From contig JALVPN010000189.1 of NCBI GenBank assembly GCA_027031765.1, forward strand, positions 1 to 9,684: a stretch of DNA of 9,684 nucleotides. Reading direction: 5' to 3'. The notes under the pieces were generated by a model that had not been told where the DNA came from, did no database searches, and was given only the letters and a program-made list of their open reading frames with translations. Shown piece by piece: positions 1 through 6,396 of the stretch (position 1 is the stretch's first letter; every line of letters starts with the position of its first letter). The DNA is from Promethearchaeota archaeon (lineage in GTDB: Archaea; Asgardarchaeota; Thorarchaeia; Thorarchaeales; Thorarchaeaceae). A program made the position numbers and the translations under genes.

Positions 1-76
1 CAACTATCTGTAGAAGGCCTGTGGCGCCACCTGCGAGGTGTGTACCGTTTCTATCGACTACTGTCCCAGCTCGCAC

Positions 77-84
77 GGGGGTGA
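77..84 (+). promoter_or_regulatory. Shine-Dalgarno-like site for the FAD oxidoreductase gene
   Basis: GGGGGTGA at 77-84 resembles archaeal GGAGGTGA and lies just upstream of in-frame GTG (86) and TTG (89). This argues against the ORF-track start at 38. Confidence 0.55.
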
Positions 85-85
85 C

Positions 86-1522
86 GTGTTGGACGGCAGA
101 CGGCTGAGGGATGCGATGGCTGAGATTGTCGGTGAGAGGTCCGTGTCAGATGGTGCGGCCGAGCGCCACACATACAGCCTCGACATGACCGAGAACCCGC
201 CACGGGAGCCACTGATGGTAGTGATGCCGGCCTCCACTGAGGAGGTGGTGCAGGTCGTCCGGCTGGCGAACGAGACCCGGACACCACTGGTACCATTCGT
301 GGCCGGCCAGAACGTCGGTGGCCTGACCATCCCACAGGTGGACGGTGCCGTGGTCGTTGACCTGAAGCGGATGGACCGGGTCGTCGAGGTGGACGAGGAC
401 GCCATGTATGCGGTGGTGGAGCCCGGTGTCACCTTTGGCCACCTGCGTAGGTTCCTCGACCAGCACCACCCATCGTTGAGGTACACGTACCCACTCGCAC
501 CACCCTTCACCTCCGTCGTGGCCAACGCCCTCCTCCAAGGGCTGTGTGACCTCTCTACCCGACACGGTGCGATGGCCGACTTCATCAATGGCCTTGAGGT
601 CGTCCTGCCGACCGGAGAGGTCGTGCGTGTGGGCTCTGGTGTTATGGGCGACGGCTACTGGTACGCCAGGTACCCGCTGCCAGACCTTGTGGGCCTGTTC
701 ACCGGCTGGCAGGGCATGACCGGTATTGTCACGAGGGCTGCGCTCCAGCTCTGGCCACGGCCACCATGTACACGTCATGCTGCGGTCTTCACGTTCGGCG
801 AGGAGACAACAACACGCCTCCTGTCGAGTGTGGCGCGTGCTGGTCTCGTCGATGATGCTGACTGTCTCTCAGTCCCAATTGTCAAGATGCTCCTCGGAGT
901 GGACTGGCCTGTGGAGCACTTCGAGGGCGAACCGGACTATGCGACCCTCCTGACCATGACAGGCAACACAGAACGCGAGGCCGAGGAGAAATGCACTGTG
1001 GTCGAGGACATGGTGGAGGCCGAACGGCGTCACGACCCACGCAATGTGTTTGTGCCGTGGGAGGTGGTACGCAGGCTAATGGGTCCTCAGGCCGACTCGT
1101 GGGTCGATTTCCCCTCTGATGCCTTCAAGGTACTCACCCGCTTCGACGGCCTGACCTGGGTCGGCACATACATCCACCCGCGGCACTGGGCCGAGGCACT
1201 CAGGGGTGGGCGCAGAGTTGTCGAACGCCACGGCTTCGAGCTCATGGCATTCCTGAAACCAATGCGCGGTATGCACTTTGGCGAGTTCAAGTTCATCATC
1301 CGCTTCCCAAAAGACCCGGCAACGCTGGCACGGGTGCGTGCCTGCAACGAGGAGCTGCTGGAGCTTGCCCTCGGGCTGGGCGCAGTCCCATACAAGACCC
1401 CGGTGTGGGCTGCCAGACGCCTGCAGGAACGGGTCGACCCACAGTTCGTCGAGCTCCTGCGCCGCATCCGCAGGCTGCTCGACCCCAATGGCATAATGAA
1501 CCCCGGGAGGTGGGCGCTGTGA
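86..1522 (+). CDS. FAD-binding oxidoreductase, FAD-linked oxidase (VAO/PCMH/GlcD) superfamily, about 478 aa; start at GTG 86 or TTG 89
   Basis: N-terminal FAD_binding_4-type elements are present: 'VVMPASTEEVVQVVRLAN', 'PFVAGQNVGG', 'VVVDLKRMDRVVEVD', 'AVVEPGVT', 'GLEVVLPTGEVVR', 'GMTGIVT'. The C-terminal FAD-oxidase signature 'LDPNGIMNPG' is also present. Confidence 0.9.
   Translation: MLDGRRLRDAMAEIVGERSVSDGAAERHTYSLDMTENPPREPLMVVMPASTEEVVQVVRLANETRTPLVPFVAGQNVGGLTIPQVDGAVVVDLKRMDRVVEVDEDAMYAVVEPGVTFGHLRRFLDQHHPSLRYTYPLAPPFTSVVANALLQGLCDLSTRHGAMADFINGLEVVLPTGEVVRVGSGVMGDGYWYARYPLPDLVGLFTGWQGMTGIVTRAALQLWPRPPCTRHAAVFTFGEETTTRLLSSVARAGLVDDADCLSVPIVKMLLGVDWPVEHFEGEPDYATLLTMTGNTEREAEEKCTVVEDMVEAERRHDPRNVFVPWEVVRRLMGPQADSWVDFPSDAFKVLTRFDGLTWVGTYIHPRHWAEALRGGRRVVERHGFELMAFLKPMRGMHFGEFKFIIRFPKDPATLARVRACNEELLELALGLGAVPYKTPVWAARRLQERVDPQFVELLRRIRRLLDPNGIMNPGRWAL
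1506..1512 (+). promoter_or_regulatory. Shine-Dalgarno site for the Fe-S protein gene
   Basis: GGAGGTG lies 6 nt upstream of GTG 1519, inside the 3' end of the upstream CDS. Confidence 0.75.
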
Positions 1523-2670
1523 CCGGCCATGATGCCGTACTGGACGAGTGGCTCCATGCCTGCAACCGCTGTGGTACCTGCAAGTACGTCTTCCGTGTCT
1601 ACGAGCCGTCGTGCCCATCCGGTGCCTACTTCCGTTTTGAGTCGTACTATGCATCAGGGCGGATAGCCATTGCACGTGGCCTGTTGACGGGGGCCCTTGA
1701 GTGGGACGACTCGCTGGTCGACCCTGTCTTTGCGTGCACCACCTGCGGCAGCTGTGAGGTGCAGTGCCTGGCGCCCCACAGTGACAGCATCGTTGAGATC
1801 ATAGAGGCACTCCGTGCCATGGTCGTATCTGCCCACGGCGCACCGCCCGTCCAGGCCCGGTTGCTTGAGAACACGCTCGCTCACAACAACCCCTACGGTG
1901 AACAGCATGTGGCGGGCACTCTGGCCCGGGAGTACCGACTGCCCCGGCATGCAGAGGTCGTCTACTTTGTCGGCTGCACTGCTACGTACCGTGAACGGGC
2001 CATCCGTGACGCTACAGTGTCTGTCCTGCAGCGTGCTGGCGTTGACCTCACCATTGTGGACGAGCACTGCTGTGGTTCACCGCTCCTACGGACAGGCCAG
2101 CGCGACGCGGTCAATGCACTTGCAGAACACAACCTCCGCGAGTTCGACACAGTCGGTGCATCGCTGGTCGTCACGTCGTGTGCTGGTTGCTACAGGGCCC
2201 TGACGGTCGACTACCCACGCATGGGCCTCCACCCCGACATCCCAGTCCTCCACAGTTCGCAGTTCGTCCTACAGCTGATAGGCGATGGACGACTGACGCT
2301 GGCGGGCCCGTGGGACAGGGGCGCGGTCACCTACCATGACCCCTGTCACCTTGGTCGTGCGTGCGGCGTATACGACCCGCCCAGGCAGGTCCTCGCTGCC
2401 CTGTCGGTGCCTGTCACAGAGATGCGTCTCAACCGCGAGAACTCCTGGTGCTGCGGTGCAGGCGGAGGTGCAAAGGCTGCGTACCCTGAGTGGAGCCTCC
2501 AGACCGCAGCCGAGCGCATCAGGCAGGCAGCGGCCACTGGTGCCCCGACCATAGTGACTGCCTGCCCTTTCTGTGTGAGGGCTCTGCGTGATGCAACCCC
2601 TGAGTCCGGGCCCGGTGTGATGGACCTCGTCCAAGTTGTCGACCTGATGACCCGTCGTGGTCCTGAGTAG
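1519..2670 (+). CDS. (Fe-S)-binding protein, HdrD/GlpC/GlcF-like, with two ferredoxin-type 4Fe-4S motifs and two CCG domains, 383 aa
   Basis: Ferredoxin-type motifs: CNRCGTC-x10-CP and CTTCGSCEVQC. CCG domain 1: YFVGC-x30-CCG...TSCAGC. CCG domain 2: YHDPC-x34-CCGAGGG...TACPFC. The GTG start overlaps the upstream TGA (GTGA) and has an SD. The ORF-track extension to 1405 is the upstream gene read in another frame. Confidence 0.92.
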   Translation: MTGHDAVLDEWLHACNRCGTCKYVFRVYEPSCPSGAYFRFESYYASGRIAIARGLLTGALEWDDSLVDPVFACTTCGSCEVQCLAPHSDSIVEIIEALRAMVVSAHGAPPVQARLLENTLAHNNPYGEQHVAGTLAREYRLPRHAEVVYFVGCTATYRERAIRDATVSVLQRAGVDLTIVDEHCCGSPLLRTGQRDAVNALAEHNLREFDTVGASLVVTSCAGCYRALTVDYPRMGLHPDIPVLHSSQFVLQLIGDGRLTLAGPWDRGAVTYHDPCHLGRACGVYDPPRQVLAALSVPVTEMRLNRENSWCCGAGGGAKAAYPEWSLQTAAERIRQAAATGAPTIVTACPFCVRALRDATPESGPGVMDLVQVVDLMTRRGPE

Positions 2671-2708
2671 ACCTATCGTGTCCCCTGGGTCTGTGCAGTG
2701 CTGCCACA

Positions 2709-2735
2709 GTCACCCATTGGTGACGGCCCTTTCTT
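2709..2735 (+). terminator. Possible terminator between convergent genes (6-bp hairpin plus pyrimidine tract)
   Basis: GTCACC-CATT-GGTGAC (2709-2724) is followed by CCCTTTCTT (2727-2735), about 40 nt after the Fe-S gene stop. The stem is short and could be chance. Confidence 0.3.
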
Positions 2736-2819
2736 AGACCCCGCCCCCCGACCGGTCGCAACGACCAGGGTCATAGTGAGTGGGCAGGCGGGTGCCTACA
2801 CACCGAGGACAGGCTATTG

Positions 2820-3281
2820 TTACTGTGTCGTCGCCACATCCTTGGGGTCGTACCGGACGCCAGTTTGGCGTAGCAGGAGGTACGGTCTCAGTTCCAGCAG
2901 GGCCCCACACAGGATGACGGCATTCACTGCGACGACCACCACGACAAGGAGGGGTACCGGGACTGTGATGACAGCGTTGCCCAGGGCGAGCTGGACCAAC
3001 ATCCAGTTGAAAGGTAATCCCAACACGACCAGGAGGACTGCTGAGTACCGGAGAGAGGTGCGTCTCACATTGTCCACATCGAGGTACACCCTGCCGTCAG
3101 GGGTCTCTGCGACATAGCCGCCCCCGGTGCAGAGCTGGACCATTTCGTCCGTGATGTCATCTCTGGCAGTGACAAGTCCGGTTGGGACGGCTGTGGCCTC
3201 GTCGAGTGCACGGAGTTCCATGAGCCTCTCGATGATGGGGTCTCTTACGTTTCTGTAGTAGAATGCTGAGAACCCACTCAT
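2820..3281 (-). CDS. Hypothetical membrane protein, 153 aa: soluble N-terminal domain plus two C-terminal TM helices
   Basis: ATG start, with GGAGG (minus strand, 3295-3299) upstream. Hydrophobic segments are 'YSAVLLVVLGLPFNWMLVQLAL' and 'VITVPVPLLVVVVVAVNAVILCGALL'. The composition is protein-like and the ORF fills a gap between clear genes. Confidence 0.75.
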   Translation of the reverse strand: MSGFSAFYYRNVRDPIIERLMELRALDEATAVPTGLVTARDDITDEMVQLCTGGGYVAETPDGRVYLDVDNVRRTSLRYSAVLLVVLGLPFNWMLVQLALGNAVITVPVPLLVVVVVAVNAVILCGALLELRPYLLLRQTGVRYDPKDVATTQ

Positions 3282-3378
3282 GACAGGCAGACCGCCTCCG
3301 GGACAGTGCTCTGATACAAGTACGTGGCCGGGCCCGCTGGGCCCTCATGGCACCCGGGCCCATCGCTGGGGAGCGCAC

Positions 3379-3633
3379 TCATTCGATGAGGTAGACCTTG
3401 TCCTTCTCGCGAACCCTGTCAATGACCTTTATTGCAATCTCCTGGCCCGGCTCGCCGGCCTCAATGGGCTTCCTGTCGACCTGCATCGACTCGACCTTCT
3501 GTTCAAGACGTGTGGTGGCCCCTTCAATCAGGATGGTGTCCCCCACTTTGAGTGGGGCCTCAAGCTTGAGGGCTGCCACACCAATCTTACCAAAATACCT
3601 CGTGACCACTCCTATCTGTTTCCGTTCGCTCAT
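3379..3633 (-). CDS. Small beta-barrel 'translation elongation factor-like' protein (EF-Tu domain II / peptidase U32 C-terminal-like), 84 aa
   Basis: The pattern 'IGVVTRYFGKIGVAALKLEAPLKVGDTILIEG...EQKVESMQVDRKPIEAGEPGQEIAIKV...VREKDKVY' matches, from my recall, the stand-alone archaeal/bacterial family related to the U32 C-terminal barrel. Confidence 0.85.
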   Translation of the reverse strand: MSERKQIGVVTRYFGKIGVAALKLEAPLKVGDTILIEGATTRLEQKVESMQVDRKPIEAGEPGQEIAIKVIDRVREKDKVYLIE

Positions 3634-3697
3634 CTTACTTCATCGCGAGCCACTGTGTACACCCTACCTGAAAAGCTCTTCGCCATCAGGCCCGTTC

Positions 3698-3734
3698 TCA
3701 GGGGTGTGCCCCGTGTACTGTCAGGGTGTGCCCG
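3698..3734. repeat. Imperfect tandem direct repeat in the divergent intergenic region
   Basis: TCAGGGGTGTGCCCCG (3698-3713) and TCAGGGTGTGCCCG (3721-3734) start 23 bp apart. Each has an internal G-run/C-run inverted repeat around TGTG. Confidence 0.6.
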
Positions 3735-3980
3735 CTCCCGACTGCGGTGCAGCCGCATCCCGTGCCCCATCCGTCATGATGCCCCCCGACATGGTCGCAT
3801 CGCGTCGTCATGTCTGTCGTACCGGTCGATGCGGCGGCCCGGAGTGGCCCGGGTCTGCGGGCCGAGTACGTTGCAGTCTCGCAAGTATTGATATCGTGCG
3901 GCTACCCGCAACAGGTCGATGCGTCATCCACTGCACGGGATCTGGTCTTGATGCTGGACGACTCTGGTGCCGAGAGTGAC

Positions 3981-4334
3981 ATGCTAGAGGCCTGCGAGTA
4001 CTGTGGCGAGCTGAGGGTCAGCGGGGTCTGGAACTCGCACCACTGGCCGCTACGTCACGACTACTGCTCCTTCAACTGCTGTGCACACGACAACGGGGAC
4101 TGGTGTTACTACGCCGCGCTCTGTACCGGTTGTCCTGCGCTCCTCTTCACACTCGGGCTCGGACTGGCCCTTGCTACCATGACGGTGCCCGGTGTCGACT
4201 TCATTGTCGCGTGGGCCGTTGTGACTGCCGTGTTCGTGTTCTTCGGCTACGGCTGCTACATCGCCCGGTTCACAAAGCCGCCCCTTGACCTCCCCACTCG
4301 TATTGACGACCTTCTCAGTGAGGAGGAGCTATAG
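3981..4334 (+). CDS. Cys-rich membrane protein, 117 aa: N-terminal CxxC-x20-CSxxC zinc-finger-like motif plus two TM helices; alternative start ATG 3951
   Basis: 'CEYCG...DYCSFNCC' precedes hydrophobic 'ALLFTLGLGLALATMTV' and 'FIVAWAVVTAVFVFFGYGCYI' and an acidic tail. The ORF-track extension to 3810 looks non-coding. An AT-rich patch, AAGTATTGATAT (3883-3894), lies upstream of both ATG candidates. Confidence 0.75.
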   Translation: MLEACEYCGELRVSGVWNSHHWPLRHDYCSFNCCAHDNGDWCYYAALCTGCPALLFTLGLGLALATMTVPGVDFIVAWAVVTAVFVFFGYGCYIARFTKPPLDLPTRIDDLLSEEEL

Positions 4335-4338
4335 GGTG

Positions 4339-4364
4339 CTGTGGTCGCTAGTCCCGGGCCACAG
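4339..4364 (+). other. 8-bp stem-loop immediately after the stop codon, possibly a terminator or stability hairpin
   Basis: CTGTGGTC (4339-4346) pairs with GGCCACAG (4357-4364) with one G-U pair. No U-tract follows. Confidence 0.35.
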
Positions 4365-4465
4365 GGAATGGTGAATACCTCTTGCAGACAGGTAGGCCCC
4401 AGGGTGGGGTCCGGGGTTGCACCGTGGTCGTGCTGGTATACTGGCCAGCGTCCCCTTGCGCCATG

Positions 4466-4471
4466 CTTAAG
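4466..4471 (+). promoter_or_regulatory. Candidate TATA box for thrS
   Basis: CTTAAG is the only AT-rich island in a GC-rich spacer and sits about 42-47 nt upstream of ATG 4513. An SD-like GAGGTG lies at 4496-4501. Confidence 0.4.
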
Positions 4472-4512
4472 TGCTACTTGTGGCCGTTCTTCTTAGAGGT
4501 GCGGTCTCAGCG

Positions 4513-6396
4513 ATGAGAATGCTCCAGATACATAGTGATGGCTTTGCATACGAGGCCAAGAAGAAGGCCCTGAAGAGCGCGGAGGAGATTGCGTCAAAGA
4601 CCTACCGTACCGAGGACTCGTGTCTGATAAACTTCATCGCCGCAGAGACGACAGACCAGAAGAACATAGACGCAGCCATCCGCATGACCGCTGACATGAT
4701 CGCGCAGGCTGCTGAAGAGGTCAAGGAGACGAAGCTGGTCATCTACCCGTGGGTGCACCTGACCGAGCACCCGTCGCCACCCGGTGTGGCCCTCGACCTG
4801 CTGAGGGGAGTGGAACGCGAGCTGCGGTCACGTGGCTACGATGTCGTCCGAGTCCCCTTCGGGTGGTACAAGGCCTTCGAGCTCCACTGCAAGGGCCACC
4901 CGCTGGCCGAGAGGTCGAAGATCCTGGACGTCACCAGGGTCGAGGCCGGTGAGGAGGTCACCGCTGGTGAAGACCTCACCGCAATAAGAGCCGAGCAAAT
5001 GGCCGAGTCCACCTTCTACATCATGGGATCCGATGGCACGCTGACGCCAGTGGAAAAGTTCGACTACACAGGGTACGAGGAGCTCCGCCTGTACGTCAAG
5101 TACGAGACCGCAAAGGACCGTACTGCACACGAGCCGCCGCCACACATTGAGATGATGAAGGCCCTGGAACTGGTGGACTATGAGCCGGGGTCGGATGCCG
5201 GCAACTTCAGGTGGCCACCGCGGGGCCTGACCCTGAAGCGTGCGGTGGAGGAACGTGTCACCGCCGAGATGCTCGACTACGGGGCCCATGTCGTGCAGAC
5301 CCCCCTGATCTACGACTACGGCCACCCGTCCCTCAAGTCATACCTCCAGCGGTTCCCGAGCAGGCAGTATGTTGTACGTTCTGGTGACCACGACTACTTT
5401 GCCCGGTTCTCGGCCTGCTTTGGCCAGTTCCTGCTGCTGTCGCAGGCACAGGTGTCCTACAGGCAGCTACCACTGAAGTTGTTCGAGATTGCGCCGTCCT
5501 ACAGACGGGAGCAGAGCGGTGAGCTTGCGGGGATGCGCAGGCCCCGGGCCTTTACCATGCCTGACATCCACGAGTTCGTGGCCGACGTGGAAATGGCCAA
5601 AGATGCCGTCCTGCGCCAGATAGTCTTTGTCGAGAAGCTGATGAAGGAACTCGAAGTGGGGTACGAGGTCTCCTTCAGGGTGTTGCGGGGCTTCTTCGAC
5701 GAGCACCGGGAGTTCGTCGAGAAGGTCGTCGCGTACATCGGCAAGCCCGTGATGCTGGAGGTCTTTGAACAGCGGTATGCCTACTTTGTTTTCAAGGGCG
5801 AGTGGAACGTGGTGGATGCCCAAGAGAAGGCTGCATGTCTGGGCACAATACAGATTGATGTAGAGAACGCCAAGCGCTTCAACATCACCTACGTTGGCGA
5901 GGACGGCAAGGAGCACCACCCGCTGATCCTCCACACCTCGCCGTCCGGCTCCGTGGAACGCGTCCTCTATGGCGTGCTGGAGCAGGCGAACAAGGACAAG
6001 GAGGCTGGCCGTGTCCCACACCTGCCGCTGTGGATGACCCCGGCACAGGTGCGGCTCCTACCGGTGGACGAGGAGGCCGTTCCCTTCTGCATGGAGATTG
6101 GCCGCAAGCTGGGTGCTGCTGGTGTCAGGTACGAGATTGACGACCGGCAGCTCACGGTGGGCAAGAAGGTCAGGTCCGCCGAAAAGATGTGGGTACCCTA
6201 CATATGTGTGGTCGGTGAGAAGGAACGGTCGAGTGGCAAGCTTGCGGTACGCCGTCGTGTCGAGCGTGACCAGGTGGAGATGACCGTGGAGGAACTCATT
6301 GCGCTCGTAGACGAGCAGACCTCCTTTGCGCCAAAGCAGCGCTTCCTGCTCCCCGTGCTGATATCGAAGCAGGCAATCTTCTCCCGGGAGGTGTGA
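4513..6396 (+). CDS. thrS: Threonine--tRNA ligase, full-length archaeal type with N-terminal editing domain, 627 aa
   Basis: The N-terminus 'MRMLQIHSD..YEAKKKALK' and editing-domain motif 'VPFGWYKAFELHCKGHPLAE' are typical of archaeal ThrRS. Zn-ligand motifs RFSACFG, TMPDIH and ILHTSPSGSVER are present. Class II motif 2 reads 'YRREQSGEL', and the anticodon-binding domain reads 'VGKKVRSAEKMWVPYICVVGEKE'. Confidence 0.97.
   Translation: MRMLQIHSDGFAYEAKKKALKSAEEIASKTYRTEDSCLINFIAAETTDQKNIDAAIRMTADMIAQAAEEVKETKLVIYPWVHLTEHPSPPGVALDLLRGVERELRSRGYDVVRVPFGWYKAFELHCKGHPLAERSKILDVTRVEAGEEVTAGEDLTAIRAEQMAESTFYIMGSDGTLTPVEKFDYTGYEELRLYVKYETAKDRTAHEPPPHIEMMKALELVDYEPGSDAGNFRWPPRGLTLKRAVEERVTAEMLDYGAHVVQTPLIYDYGHPSLKSYLQRFPSRQYVVRSGDHDYFARFSACFGQFLLLSQAQVSYRQLPLKLFEIAPSYRREQSGELAGMRRPRAFTMPDIHEFVADVEMAKDAVLRQIVFVEKLMKELEVGYEVSFRVLRGFFDEHREFVEKVVAYIGKPVMLEVFEQRYAYFVFKGEWNVVDAQEKAACLGTIQIDVENAKRFNITYVGEDGKEHHPLILHTSPSGSVERVLYGVLEQANKDKEAGRVPHLPLWMTPAQVRLLPVDEEAVPFCMEIGRKLGAAGVRYEIDDRQLTVGKKVRSAEKMWVPYICVVGEKERSSGKLAVRRRVERDQVEMTVEELIALVDEQTSFAPKQRFLLPVLISKQAIFSREV
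6387..6393 (+). promoter_or_regulatory. Shine-Dalgarno site inside the thrS 3' end
   Basis: GGAGGTG lies upstream of ATG 6396 and GTG 6399. The TGATG junction overlaps the thrS stop. Confidence 0.7.

Noticed and set aside
2749-2766. 10-bp palindrome CGACCGGTCG and overlapping GGTCG-CAA-CGACC hairpin
   Set aside because: Short GC-rich inverted repeats are expected by chance. It is a single occurrence with no associated feature.
3691-3860. C/D-box sRNA, SRP RNA or RNase P RNA in the long spacer
   Set aside because: The minus strand has ATGACGA and two CTGA boxes, but order and spacing do not fit C-D'-C'-D. The SRP helix-8 (GGAA...AGCAG) and RNase P (GAGGAAAGTCC) signatures are absent.
4401-4416. 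T-box-like string AGGGTGGGGTCCGGGG upstream of thrS
   Set aside because: It matches AGGGTGG but lacks the invariant ACC of the UGGNACC bulge. It lies only about 66 nt after the upstream stop, leaving no room for Stem I or the specifier loop, and no terminator U-tract follows. T-boxes are a bacterial system.
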